A DNA stretch of 64,000 bases. It comes from Candidatus Thorarchaeota archaeon. GTDB lineage: Archaea; Asgardarchaeota; Thorarchaeia; Thorarchaeales; Thorarchaeaceae. Where the stretch lies: contig JAWOEX010000028.1 in assembly GCA_046482545.1 (NCBI GenBank), forward strand, positions 96,001 to 160,000. The letters are read 5' to 3'. Below are positions 20,358 through 30,901 of this stretch, in pieces; the first letter of the stretch is position 1, and the number at the start of each line of letters is the position of its first letter. A model generated the notes under the pieces. That model did not search any database and was not told the origin of the DNA. It saw only the letters and a list, made by a program, of their open reading frames with translations. The position numbers were made by a program, and so were the translations under genes.

Positions 20358-22283
20358 TTACCTGTAGCGAACATACCAGATAATCAAGCCCGCAATCACA
20401 CCGATACCTCCAATGGCAGTAATACCAAGTAAATAGGTTTGAAGCAAAGGTGGTGAAACGACAACCTTCACGGGTGCTCTCACAGTATTTCCACCAAGAT
20501 CCTCTACTACTAGGACTACCCAATGAACGCCATCGGACAAACCACCAAAATCAAATTCGATTATTTCAGATTCCCAAGCTCCAGATTCAATCGTGAAGCC
20601 ATCAATTTCAATCGAGTAATTTGACATGAATTCATCCGTGACAGTCCAGTTGCGAACGACGTTGAGTTCACCCCGGTAATAATGAATCTCAGATGGCGTA
20701 TAGACAACTGTTGGTGCGATGTCATCTCTCTTCACCCTAACGGTTACGTTATCTATGCCTATGTTCCCACTAGTATCATTTGCAATCAGAGAATATTCGT
20801 AGAGGCCAATATTCAGTCCTTCTAGTGAAACCGTGACTCTGGGGCTATCAGGGTCAAGAGTTCCTGATTTTACCTCGGAACCATTTTGGAGTATTCGATA
20901 CCTATCCATGTGATCATCAGAGACATTCCACGTAATCGAGTAACCGGTTTCAGTATAATAGAACTCGATGGTTTCGTCTGGACCCTCAACAACAGGCGTT
21001 ACATTCTCATAAACAAGAACAGTAATTGTATCGCTGGCCAAGTTCTCGTTCTGGTCATACGCCTCTAAAGTAACCTCATAGGCTCCCAAGTCATAGCCAG
21101 TCATATTGAATGTATAGTCATAAGGAGTGCTGTTCCATGTTTCATTGGATTGCTTGGAACCATCAACATATACGGTTATGTTATGGGGGTACTCATCCTC
21201 AAGGTGCCATGTGATTGTCATATTTGGGGTGCCTATGAGGAACTCTTGATTCCCAGGCGAAACCAGAATGGGGTCGCGGATGTCTGCTGAAACTTCGGTC
21301 AGATTATACGAATAATCGCCAAGCCCCAATGGCTCGCCAGAAAGTGTCACCGTCCAGTTGATAAAAGCAACAGGCAGATCAACAAATACCAAGGTACCAT
21401 TTTCTCCAGTTAACCTTGCATCAATTACAGTTCCATTCTTGTAAGTGACATTCACGAGAGCTCCAGCAACGGGATTCAATGAATCCTCGTAATAGATGAA
21501 GATATCCAAATCATAGTAGTCCGAATCACCTGCAGTGGGTCCAATCTGCTGATGAACCTTAATCAAAGTTCCATCTGATGTGAAGTTCCCCTGATCCAAT
21601 ACATATCCATCATAGTCACCAGATGCCACGGTCACATACCATGTGTAATTTCCTTCGGGTACATCCTCCATATATACAACGCCATCTGCTCCTACCGTTG
21701 TTTGGTTGTGTATGGTAGAGTTTTCTTGGAAATGTACAGAGAAGTTCAGGCCTTCACCAGGGTTACCGTCGATATCAAGAATAGTTGCATTAAGATCATC
21801 ATCGTCGTCGTCCCAGTCAAGATTTCCAATTTCCACTTCAACGATAGCTTCAGGTCCGTCAGACACGAAGACGCCCGTTTCGTAGACATTTTCGTCATAA
21901 TCGCCCAAAGCTGTCTCAAGGGTTACATTCCAGATGTACTCTCCAACTGGAATATCGTAGAATTCTGCCGCACCGGTTCCGGACGTCAGTTTTGAACTGT
22001 ATAGGCTCAGGTCACTGCTATTATACAATGAGACATTCGCCTGGGCGATGGGATACTCAGTAGAATGGTTGTACACATGGAAGATTAGGTCATCATCATC
22101 GAAGTCACCGTCATGGAAGGTTTCATTGATGACAAGCAAATCAGTCCCAGATGTTTCAAAAGGCGATGATGGTGAAGAGATAGTTTCAACTTCTCTCCGC
22201 TCAATCAATGAAGCAGTGCTTACCAAGTTTACGAATACTAGAAACGCCAGAATAAACGCGATGGTTCTTCTCCTTGAAATCAT
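20358..22283 (-). CDS. Cell-surface glycoprotein with tandem beta-sandwich/Ig-like repeats and a C-terminal TM anchor
   Basis: Signal peptide (MISRRRTIAFIL...), repeated modules, many N-x-S/T sequons, C-terminal TM followed by RYR. Confidence 0.82.
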   Translation of the reverse strand: MISRRRTIAFILAFLVFVNLVSTASLIERREVETISSPSSPFETSGTDLLVINETFHDGDFDDDDLIFHVYNHSTEYPIAQANVSLYNSSDLSLYSSKLTSGTGAAEFYDIPVGEYIWNVTLETALGDYDENVYETGVFVSDGPEAIVEVEIGNLDWDDDDDDLNATILDIDGNPGEGLNFSVHFQENSTIHNQTTVGADGVVYMEDVPEGNYTWYVTVASGDYDGYVLDQGNFTSDGTLIKVHQQIGPTAGDSDYYDLDIFIYYEDSLNPVAGALVNVTYKNGTVIDARLTGENGTLVFVDLPVAFINWTVTLSGEPLGLGDYSYNLTEVSADIRDPILVSPGNQEFLIGTPNMTITWHLEDEYPHNITVYVDGSKQSNETWNSTPYDYTFNMTGYDLGAYEVTLEAYDQNENLASDTITVLVYENVTPVVEGPDETIEFYYTETGYSITWNVSDDHMDRYRILQNGSEVKSGTLDPDSPRVTVSLEGLNIGLYEYSLIANDTSGNIGIDNVTVRVKRDDIAPTVVYTPSEIHYYRGELNVVRNWTVTDEFMSNYSIEIDGFTIESGAWESEIIEFDFGGLSDGVHWVVLVVEDLGGNTVRAPVKVVVSPPLLQTYLLGITAIGGIGVIAGLIIWYVRYR

Positions 22284-22712
22284 TCAGGTGTCACTCTCTG
22301 AGCTACGATGATGAAATGGACCACTAAATCGCTTGGCGGCGTCGAACCCTTATACAGCATAAAAGGGTTTCCCAGCGTCCTACGAAAGGTACCACCAGCG
22401 GCAGCAGTCTTGAGATAATTGGTTCCAAATAATCTCATGAAATCCGGATAATGAGCTATCTATTAATCTTAGGATAGTCCCCGAAGTGTACCACAAGAAT
22501 ACGTGGACACGCCAGAAATAGGGCAGACGCATACGTTCACACAAAAGGTCTTCAAAGAAAGTTTTTCTAATTCGGTCTTTCCATGAGTTATCGTTACAGA
22601 AATGAGATCTAACACTTCAGTCATATCATCAGGATAGATTATTCCACCAAACGCTTAATATAAAATACAATCACCGTTCCTCAAAGTCCACACAGAACGA
22701 GAGGATTATTGA

Positions 22713-23384
22713 ATGAGTACTCATGACGGCAGAGAGGACCATAGCACTGGATTCCTCTTCATAATAGAAGGGATTGATGGGACAGGGAAGACTACTCAGG
22801 CAAGAAAGCTGGAAGACCGCTTGAAAGACGCCGGTTATGATGTCGTCAGACTGCACGAGCCAACGGACAGCGAATGGGGAACTAAGATCAGGAATCTTGC
22901 GATTCATGGTCGTACCGTGAATCCCAGACAGGAATTAGAGTACTTCATCAATGACAGGAAGATTGATGTTGAGAAATACATCAAACCATCTCTTTCCGCT
23001 GGACAAATAGTGATTATGGATAGATACTATCTTTCAAACGTAGCATATCAAGGTGCCCTCGGGATTGATCCAGAGGAAATACTTGAGATGAATGACTTTG
23101 CACCAAGACCGGATTTGATTTTGATTCTGGATGTTGCTCCTGAGATAGGATTGAGTAGAATCAATGATAGAGAGAATGGTCAACCGAATTACTTCGAAGA
23201 CCCCGAATATCTCACCAAAGTTAGGAAGATCTTCAGATGGCTAGAAAGGAATCTGAGTAACGCTCAGATTATCGATGCCACCCCACCTGTGGAAGACATC
23301 GCGAAAAGAATCTGGAATGTGATTATCACGTATATTGAGAAAAATGCAGGAACAACTCGACCACGAATTGAAGAGACTTCATAG
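22713..23384 (+). CDS. tmk: Thymidylate kinase
   Basis: FIIEGIDGTGKTTQ, HEP, DRYYLSNVAYQG, PDLILILDV. Confidence 0.95.
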   Translation: MSTHDGREDHSTGFLFIIEGIDGTGKTTQARKLEDRLKDAGYDVVRLHEPTDSEWGTKIRNLAIHGRTVNPRQELEYFINDRKIDVEKYIKPSLSAGQIVIMDRYYLSNVAYQGALGIDPEEILEMNDFAPRPDLILILDVAPEIGLSRINDRENGQPNYFEDPEYLTKVRKIFRWLERNLSNAQIIDATPPVEDIAKRIWNVIITYIEKNAGTTRPRIEETS

Positions 23385-23530
23385 AAGAACGAGTGAAAGG
23401 GGTCGATCCAAGGAACCTGCAAGAATGAATAGCGATTTCAGTGAGAAGGTAACGGATTCTGTGTGTATGACTATCCACATGAGTAAACATGAGAGAACTC
23501 GACGCTCCTTTCGTGGCATTTAAAAAGGCA

Positions 23531-23538
23531 TTTATATA
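23531..23538 (+). promoter_or_regulatory. Candidate TATA box of tbp
   Basis: TTTATATA preceded by A-rich AAAAAGG; a second TATATAAA lies at 23561. Confidence 0.4.
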
Positions 23539-23576
23539 TGGCTTGACCAGCGCACCCCCCTATATAAAGGCGGAGA

Positions 23577-24188
23577 ATGATTACAATGGACGAAAAGAAG
23601 AAGCCGGAACCAACCACGAAAATCGAGAACGTTGTTGCGTCAGTAATCCTGAATCAGAGATTGGACCTTGACGAAATCGCAGCTACAATGCCCAATGTCG
23701 AGTTCGATCCTGAGCAGTTCCCCGGACTTGTGTACAGACTTAAGAAACCAAAAACTGCCACTCTCATCTTCAATAGCGGTAAAATGGTCTGCACTGGAGC
23801 CAAGAGCGAAAAAGAATCCAAGAGAGCTGTTCATAAGATTGTAAAAAATATCCGCGAGGCGGGTATCGAAATCACAGGCAAACCAATCATCGTCGTACAA
23901 AACATAGTAGCTAGTGCAAGTCTTGGATACGAGCTTAATCTTGAGCTTGCGGCAATGACTTTAGAAAACACCTTGTACGAACCGGAACAGTTCCCTGGTT
24001 TAATTTACAGGATGAGAGACCCGAAAGTGGTTATTCTCCTCTTTGGTTCGGGCAAGCTTGTTATCACCGGAGCCAAGTTCGAGCCTCAAATCGATGAGGC
24101 TGCACACAAAGTGATGGATCGCCTGCTTGAACTCGGTGTCATGCGTCTAGAGGAAGAGGAAGAAGAGGAAATCGTGCTAGAGTTCTAG
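23577..24188 (+). CDS. tbp: TATA-box binding protein
   Basis: Two repeats: IENVVAS/VQNIVAS, DPEQFPGLVYR/YEPEQFPGLIYR, FNSGKMVCTGAK/FGSGKLVITGAK; acidic tail. Confidence 0.98.
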   Translation: MITMDEKKKPEPTTKIENVVASVILNQRLDLDEIAATMPNVEFDPEQFPGLVYRLKKPKTATLIFNSGKMVCTGAKSEKESKRAVHKIVKNIREAGIEITGKPIIVVQNIVASASLGYELNLELAAMTLENTLYEPEQFPGLIYRMRDPKVVILLFGSGKLVITGAKFEPQIDEAAHKVMDRLLELGVMRLEEEEEEEIVLEF

Positions 24189-24220
24189 CCAAGCTTACAG
24201 GGAATATTTAAGAAAAGAAT

Positions 24221-24256
24221 AGGATTCGAAGATAATCGAATCCTTGTTTTTTTTTT
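24221..24256 (+). terminator. Terminator after tbp
   Basis: Perfect 9-bp hairpin AGGATTCGA-agataa-TCGAATCCT followed by T10. Confidence 0.7.
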
Positions 24257-24435
24257 GAGGTGCAGTTTCAGAGAATACCCATCATGATTGATTTTGACTA
24301 GCGTATAAACTATACAGACATCCTTTATCTGTGCCTGCTACTAAAAAGCCCAATCGAACGTTGTAATGTAGTTATTTATTCTATAAACTACCACAAGCTA
24401 AGAAGCTTGTAACGCCAAGAACCTATCGAATCTTC

Positions 24436-24690
24436 TCATGACACGTCGGATTTTGACTCCTCCAACCTGAGATAAATCGCATAAAGAATCAGAACAATTC
24501 CAACTGGTATTAGGAGAAGGAAAACAGAACCGGACATGGTGGCAACAGGTGGTGGAGTATCCCCATAGTCATTCAAGACCGTCCAGTAGTATAACCAGAT
24601 TAGTAATTGGTTTAGAAGAAGCCCTAGAAGGACTAAAACGACTCCAGCAATAGCATATTTTGTGGATTTGCGAAGAGCCATCCAATACAA
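24436..24690 (-). CDS. Small two-TM membrane protein
   Basis: Two clear hydrophobic helices, basic N-terminus; start may be the ATG of MALRK. Confidence 0.6.
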   Translation of the reverse strand: MYWMALRKSTKYAIAGVVLVLLGLLLNQLLIWLYYWTVLNDYGDTPPPVATMSGSVFLLLIPVGIVLILYAIYLRLEESKSDVS

Positions 24691-24916
24691 CTCTCAATCA
24701 TAATATACATCCGCAAATTAATTAGTCTATCTCTAGGAGGCGAGATGAGGCTTCCGCAGAAATTTGTCGGAAAATACAGATTTTTCTGGTTTCGCCAATC
24801 TCACAACTGGGTAAATCCTATATCGCATTATCTTGGGCTTTGAGATTCATGGCGAAAAGGGTTCTATGGAGATCATAGCCCTCAGTGTTTTGCTCTCTGA
24901 TTCTTGTGCAGAATCC

Positions 24917-26086
24917 TTAGAAAGTGAAGGTCTGCCATAGTGGTGGAATTGACAAGGCAACAACAATAATCGATAGCACAAACAGGCCTATCCGAGTCTT
25001 TGACACAGGTACTGTATCATTGAGTGGCCCTGGATGCTCTCCACGCGACAAGAACAGAACCAAGATGGCCATCAGATAGATGCCCATCAAAAACATCACT
25101 GCAATGGCAACATAGCCAATGTACTTGTGTTTCTTGCCACCTACAATGGCTCGGAGAGCATGACCTCCATCGAGCTGACCCGCTGGAAAAAGGTTCAATG
25201 CTGTGACAAGGCAACCCACCCAGCTAGCGAAAGCTATCGGGTGAAGGTAGATGGTGCCACCGGGGGGTATGAAATCGGAGAAAATCATCTGAAGGATGAC
25301 GAAGAGATACGGCACTGGCAAAGATCCTGTCATATCGGGGAAGGCCGCATCTATAGCTTCAAGCTGTTCTGCAGTAACGGGAACCGACATCAAGAAACCT
25401 GCAACAAGTACGACCAGTGTAACGGCGAAGCCGGCTAGAGGGCCAGCAATGCCCAAATCGAAAAGGTCTCTGCGATTCTGTGGAGGACTTTTCTGCTGAA
25501 TGAAAGCGCCGAAGGTGCCCCCGATTTGAGGTAATCCAGGAATGAAATACGGAGCAGATGCATCAATCCCACGTCGTTTCGCAGTCAGGTAGTGACCCAT
25601 TTCATGCGTAAATACGATGCCCATCAAAGCTAGCAAAAATGTTCCAGTCACAAATGCAATGTCCCAGATGTTCCAGCCATCAGGATAAAACAGTGTCAGA
25701 AAGACTGGGCTTGTTGCCTGCAGAAATCCGGCAAGGCTGATTGTTGCAAGAGTGGCAACGAAAAGAGCATAATTGATGCGCATATCACCAGCATCTTCTT
25801 TCTGTTGAGGGGCAAAACGAATGAAATACTCACCTGCTTCCTCATCCTTCCAACGAACCACAGGCCAGAGTCGGAGTCTACCCGATTCTTCCTCCAGCTT
25901 TCCAAAGACTTTACGCTGTTGTTCTATTGGTGGAATTTGATGGCTAGGCCAGCGGACTACGAATGTCGGCATCCCATATTGCATGGAGCTCTCGATGAGG
26001 TCAAAATCCTTCGATAGTATCTCGCTCAGCTCTGTAAATGTGGGATAGCTGATTACACGGTTCGGGTAACCTTCGTCAATAGACAA
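24917..26086 (-). CDS. Site-2 protease (peptidase M50)
   Basis: HEMGH, GTFGAFI, IAGPLAG, LNLFPAGQLDGGH. Confidence 0.94.
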   Translation of the reverse strand: MSIDEGYPNRVISYPTFTELSEILSKDFDLIESSMQYGMPTFVVRWPSHQIPPIEQQRKVFGKLEEESGRLRLWPVVRWKDEEAGEYFIRFAPQQKEDAGDMRINYALFVATLATISLAGFLQATSPVFLTLFYPDGWNIWDIAFVTGTFLLALMGIVFTHEMGHYLTAKRRGIDASAPYFIPGLPQIGGTFGAFIQQKSPPQNRRDLFDLGIAGPLAGFAVTLVVLVAGFLMSVPVTAEQLEAIDAAFPDMTGSLPVPYLFVILQMIFSDFIPPGGTIYLHPIAFASWVGCLVTALNLFPAGQLDGGHALRAIVGGKKHKYIGYVAIAVMFLMGIYLMAILVLFLSRGEHPGPLNDTVPVSKTRIGLFVLSIIVVALSIPPLWQTFTF

Positions 26087-26348
26087 ATCGAAAATCCTCT
26101 CTACTTATGCGCCTTTGAAGTAATCAGTCAAATCTCCACCTATAAGGCTATGTTCTTTGGCAGACGCCTACTAGCAGTCTTCAATTCATGTGGGTGTTAG
26201 TTGCCATTCTTCTCTATCAAATTCATCTGCCGTTCCCAGAATGGGGCAAAAACGGAATATAGGCAAGTTATATGAACTGAATGTATTCAGTTGTGTTCGT
26301 GAATCTTACTGAGATCAGAGAATCTGTGCATGCCTAGCCGCATCGAGC

Positions 26349-27227
26349 TCACTGGTAGAATTCAAACAGCCTTTCTACTGCACTCTGCTTACGACCTTCT
26401 GAGCCTTCATCATAGTAGCTGGGTGTACGTCCTTCGTCTATGAACTTCTCTGGGCTTATACCCTCATCGATGGCCCGCAGTACTTCACCTCTCAGGCTTC
26501 TGAAGAATTTGATGTGTCGGTCGATTTCCTCAGTACCGCATATGTCGCCATGGCCGGGAATGATTTTTTCAACCTCTGCATTTGTAATTCCTTGCAGCGC
26601 TGCAATCCAGTCATCAGGGTTACACGTAGGATCTCCAGCATACGGGAAAGTTCCATTGAAAACCAAATCTCCAGCAAAGATAACATGGTCCGGTTCAATA
26701 ATGACTATCGAAGACCCTTTTGTATGACCGCCTGTGAGTTCGACCGTAAGGTCACTTGCAGAACCGATTTGAATTCTCTTTTCAAATATGATATCAGGCA
26801 GCTTGAGTTCAAGACTCTGTACGGCTCTCCACATTTCAGGGCGCTCTTCCTTGCTCTCTTCTGCTTGAGCGACCAGTTTCTCCTTCCTCCATTCAGTATC
26901 TACCAATTCCTTGCAAATAGCTCGCGTAGGCGCTGAAGCTATCAGGCTGACTGGGCTTAGGGCTTGTGCACCGAATAGATGATCGGGATGGTAATGCGTT
27001 AACAGCATCTTCAGAATCGGAAGGTCGAATTCGCTCTCAACTTCTTCTCTGAAGTCTGAAGTCAGCGTGTGATACATGCCGCTGTCCACAACCACCACTT
27101 GATCTTCGAGTACCACTATACCGTAATTGCCTGCGTTTTCACCAGTGGTATCTGCATAGATACGATCTGTGACTTGAGTCAGCTTCATGGCGTACTGTTT
27201 CACATTACAACAGATATACTTGGTCAT
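26349..27227 (-). CDS. Metallo-beta-lactamase fold hydrolase
   Basis: VVDSG, LTHYHPDH, GHTKGS, FAGDL, IPGHG. Confidence 0.9.
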   Translation of the reverse strand: MTKYICCNVKQYAMKLTQVTDRIYADTTGENAGNYGIVVLEDQVVVVDSGMYHTLTSDFREEVESEFDLPILKMLLTHYHPDHLFGAQALSPVSLIASAPTRAICKELVDTEWRKEKLVAQAEESKEERPEMWRAVQSLELKLPDIIFEKRIQIGSASDLTVELTGGHTKGSSIVIIEPDHVIFAGDLVFNGTFPYAGDPTCNPDDWIAALQGITNAEVEKIIPGHGDICGTEEIDRHIKFFRSLRGEVLRAIDEGISPEKFIDEGRTPSYYDEGSEGRKQSAVERLFEFYQ

Positions 27228-27275
27228 AATCTAGCAAATGGATTGCTCCAGAAGAGTCGGACATCGGCATTGTTG

Positions 27276-27926
27276 TCATAGATTGTTCAGTTTCTGGGAT
27301 ATCGCATAAGCAGTCTTTGCAGGCCCTTTGAAGTCCCTAATACGGAAACCAACGCCCATGTCCTTGGCTATGTGTCGGCATGCTTCCATATCCACTTCCG
27401 GAACCTTCACAACCGACAGGATAACCCGCATCGATTCTCTGCACTTTCGAGCAAATTGCAATACAGCCTCATAAGCACGTGGCCCATACTCAGGTTGACA
27501 AAGCAAATCATAGGTTCGAGCAGAAGATGCGTTAAGTGAAATCTGAACTTCTTCTAGTCCCGCGTTGTCGAGCTCACAAGCCACATCACGCTTGGGATGA
27601 ATCAACGATGCTTGACCATTTGTATCCATGCGAACCGAGACATCTGAGAGTTCTGTGATTGTGGTAATGGCTTCCAGTGAAGCATCAAAATTCAGCAAAG
27701 GTTCTCCGAAACCTACTATCGCAGCATAAGTGAATCTCTCATTCCAAGTATTCTCTATGGCAGTTCTGATTTCTTCAGCTTTTGGATTCATCTCACCAGC
27801 CAGTTTGAAACCATATACACCATCCTGGAAATTCCTGACGCAAAACAAGCAATGGTTGCTACATTTGACAGAGGGATTGACATAGAAGATGTTCTTGCGC
27901 CAGTATGTTAGATTCAATAACACCAT
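27276..27926 (-). CDS. Radical SAM protein (TatD-associated family-like)
   Basis: YVN...CSNHCLFCVR, GFGEPL, RMDTNG, ISLNA. Confidence 0.85.
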   Translation of the reverse strand: MVLLNLTYWRKNIFYVNPSVKCSNHCLFCVRNFQDGVYGFKLAGEMNPKAEEIRTAIENTWNERFTYAAIVGFGEPLLNFDASLEAITTITELSDVSVRMDTNGQASLIHPKRDVACELDNAGLEEVQISLNASSARTYDLLCQPEYGPRAYEAVLQFARKCRESMRVILSVVKVPEVDMEACRHIAKDMGVGFRIRDFKGPAKTAYAISQKLNNL

Positions 27927-28110
27927 CTAAGACTAGTCCTCGGAAACAACAAATAAGGCTTCAGAACTCAACAAAAAGCTGACAGTACATGTAGCCACGT
28001 TTGGCGCTTGAAAAAGACTTAACTTGAACTTGGCTCCAGTAGAAGTGTTGAATTGAAGATTGTACAAGTAACATGTCGTTGATTATACAGGATATGATTG
28101 AGGTGTTCGT

Positions 28111-28983
28111 TTGAGAATATTCGATACATTGCGTAGATCCGCTGACCATCTAGAGAAAAATTTCATGACATATGCCATCGCCGTCTCACAGATGGCCGTC
28201 ATTTTCGTATTCCTTGCTGCGGGTTTGGCCGGGTTAGGAGGGTTGATTGCCGCGGTTTTTTCAGGATGCCACCCATATGTTGTATTTCGAGACCTCATGG
28301 AAACCTGGTTGCCTCTTATTTCCACAGGAGACCTCATTTTCATCTTAACTAGTGTGTTTGTATTGGTTGTCATTCCCGCTTTTGCCATTGGTGCATGGGT
28401 GATGACACCAGTTTTCGGAATGACTAAGCAACTAATTGAAAGCAAGGGAAAAGAGGCCGACACCCCATATAGTTGGTTCAAAACGAACCTAGTCAACTTC
28501 GCTTTAGGCGGCGTCACTATTGCCATCGTTACACTCGGGCCGCCGGTCGTGACAGCTACGGCGTTCTCATTTGCGTTTGGTCCATCTGTGAGTGGCCCTC
28601 CGAATTTTGTTCTTGGAGCCATCGGTTTCGGATGGGTCTTCTTTGCCGGGGGAGCTCTAACCATGTTCGTTCCGAGCCTTGTAGAAGGAAATTCGCCCAT
28701 ACAAGCACTAAGGGATTCATTTCGTACTGTTGCGAAACACCCATTGTGGACGTTCACCACTTGGATAGTGTTCCTTTTTCTGTTTACTATTTGGTTTGCC
28801 CCCTTGACAGCCTGGGATACACTCATTGGAACCATTAGGCCCCCGATTGTCAATCCATTTGCAATTGCCGTCGTTGCGCTAGCGGTTATAGGAGTCTTTG
28901 TGGATATCGTTGTGATCCTTCCGTTCTACATAATTTCGCTTATCTCACTTTATCAATCAATAAGGGAAGAAGCTCCAGCATGA
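28111..28983 (+). CDS. Hypothetical multi-pass membrane protein
   Basis: About six TM helices; SPIQALRDSFR motif typical of DUF7847/DUF975-like membrane proteins. Confidence 0.7.
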   Translation: MRIFDTLRRSADHLEKNFMTYAIAVSQMAVIFVFLAAGLAGLGGLIAAVFSGCHPYVVFRDLMETWLPLISTGDLIFILTSVFVLVVIPAFAIGAWVMTPVFGMTKQLIESKGKEADTPYSWFKTNLVNFALGGVTIAIVTLGPPVVTATAFSFAFGPSVSGPPNFVLGAIGFGWVFFAGGALTMFVPSLVEGNSPIQALRDSFRTVAKHPLWTFTTWIVFLFLFTIWFAPLTAWDTLIGTIRPPIVNPFAIAVVALAVIGVFVDIVVILPFYIISLISLYQSIREEAPA

Positions 28984-29174
28984 CAAATAAATGCCAATGA
29001 GATAGCAAAATTTCAACCGAATACTTACAAAGGCTGAACTTTATATATGGATTCTGAAAGATAACTCCAAAGACCCAAAAGAAGGCACTTACCCGAAATC
29101 ATTCGGAAGTTTGTATTGTGTTGTTGATTGAGGGATATTTGAAAAGCCTATGTTAGAAGAGTACGTGATTAATT

Positions 29175-29687
29175 ATGACAAATAAACCTGAACCTGTAGA
29201 TGCAACTGTTTCTGAATTGAAGCCGAAGATGAAAAATGTCAATATCCGCTTCAAAGTTGTCGATAAAGGAGAAGCCCGAGAAGTAACATCAAATAGTGAC
29301 GGGTCCAAGCACAGAGTCTTGGACGCGACTGTTGGAGATAGTACTGGTACAGTGGTCGTCCCACTATGGGATGATTCCATCGAAGAAGTGGAAACTGGCA
29401 AGACCTACAATCTAGAAAATGGCTATACGGGAACATTTAGAAATCAACTTCGCCTTAAAATCGGAAAGTACAGCGAACTTGAAGAAGCTGATGAAGAGAT
29501 AGAAGAAGTCAATTTTGACGTCAATATGTCGGAGGAAGAACACCGAGGAAGGCGAAAGCGTGACTATAAGCGCAAGTCGAGGACAAAGAAGAAGAAGAAA
29601 TCGGAAGGTTACGGTCGTCCGAATAGAAGCTTTGGTGGCTATGTAGGAAACTACAAGCGTAACAGTAAAGCAGAATCAAGTGATTAG
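29175..29687 (+). CDS. ssb: Single-OB-fold ssDNA-binding protein (crenarchaeal SSB/RPA-like) with basic tail
   Basis: VSELKP, VGDSTGTVVVPLWD, LENGY...LKIGKYS; K/R-rich C-terminus. Confidence 0.88.
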   Translation: MTNKPEPVDATVSELKPKMKNVNIRFKVVDKGEAREVTSNSDGSKHRVLDATVGDSTGTVVVPLWDDSIEEVETGKTYNLENGYTGTFRNQLRLKIGKYSELEEADEEIEEVNFDVNMSEEEHRGRRKRDYKRKSRTKKKKKSEGYGRPNRSFGGYVGNYKRNSKAESSD

Positions 29688-29697
29688 TAGTTTCAAG

Positions 29698-29726
29698 GGG
29701 CCCCTTAGGGCCCAATTTTTCTTTTT
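29698..29726 (+). terminator. Terminator after ssb
   Basis: GGGCCC-ctta-GGGCCC followed by AATTTTTCTTTTT. Confidence 0.6.
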
Positions 29727-29824
29727 GTAATTGGATAAACACAAATCTTGCGTATACAGCTTACTATCCGAAAGACAAGAACATTGTTAGTCCTACCACA
29801 ACTGCAGCCATTAGCATTGCAATG

Positions 29825-30817
29825 CTAGCCCCGCCTCTCTAAATAACCGTTCTCGTAATACCAGTCGATTGCTCTCTTCAGACCCTCCTCCATGGTTATT
29901 TGTGGTTCCCAGTCCAGCAGCCTCTTCGCCTTCTCATTACTGTACCAGCGTTCTTCGTCCATGCTTTGTATCGTCTGTGGATGCCAGAGAAATGTATTTT
30001 CTTTCCAATTCTTGAACGGGCTCATCAATGCTATGCTCAACTTTGCCAGCGCCGTAGGAACGTGTCTTTTTGGTGGTTCAACACCGAGAATATCAGAAAT
30101 ATACTCAATCATCTGGTTGTACTTCATGGGTTCATCTGGACAGATAATTATCGTCTCGTTGTTAGCTGCGGGTACCATCGCAGCCTCGAATCCCCGTGTC
30201 ACGTCGTCTACGTGCGTGTACATGATGTGTTTCTCGCCATCACCAGGAAGCACAGGCACCTCCTTTCTGTTGAGAGCTCTGATTGTCTCATAGGCAGTGT
30301 AAAGGTCCCCTTCGCCCATCACGCCAGTTGGCCGAACAATGGTGTGAATCAGGCCCGTATTAGTCGAAACTTCTCTAACAGCTTCTTCCGCGAGCACTTT
30401 GCTTTTCCCATAGTCGAATGCCGGTTGTGGTTCGGTTGCCTCATCTGCGGGAGGATCATTGACAGATCCTATAGCTTCAGTGCTGGAGCAATAGATGAAT
30501 TGGGAAACTGAAGCCTCTGCACTAGCTTCTGCTAACATTCTAGTCCCATCAACATTCACACGATACATCAAATCGGTATCGCTAGGGTAAAAATCAAAAT
30601 ATGCTGCAAGATGAATAACGATTTCGTTGTCTTTCACAATCTCATCAAGAGATTCCCGGTCAAGTAAGTTGCCCTGCTCCAGCTTTACCACATCTGGGAG
30701 GACGGATGTGTCACTGGTTTCTCGAACAAGAACGCTGACATGATGATTGTGGGAAAGAAGCCTTCTCACCAGCTTCTGACCGATGAAGCCGGTTCCGCCG
30801 GTTACCAAGATATCCAA
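29825..30817 (-). CDS. NAD-dependent epimerase/dehydratase (extended SDR)
   Basis: LVTGGTGFIG, IHLAA, YGKSK, RPTGV. Confidence 0.92.
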   Translation of the reverse strand: MDILVTGGTGFIGQKLVRRLLSHNHHVSVLVRETSDTSVLPDVVKLEQGNLLDRESLDEIVKDNEIVIHLAAYFDFYPSDTDLMYRVNVDGTRMLAEASAEASVSQFIYCSSTEAIGSVNDPPADEATEPQPAFDYGKSKVLAEEAVREVSTNTGLIHTIVRPTGVMGEGDLYTAYETIRALNRKEVPVLPGDGEKHIMYTHVDDVTRGFEAAMVPAANNETIIICPDEPMKYNQMIEYISDILGVEPPKRHVPTALAKLSIALMSPFKNWKENTFLWHPQTIQSMDEERWYSNEKAKRLLDWEPQITMEEGLKRAIDWYYENGYLERRG

Positions 30818-30901
30818 TGAATTGCCACCCTAACAAACGTCTTGTCTGTTCCCTGCATTTATCTCTTGTCTGCAATCAACTTCTGCCAGAATGATCCGCA
30901 A

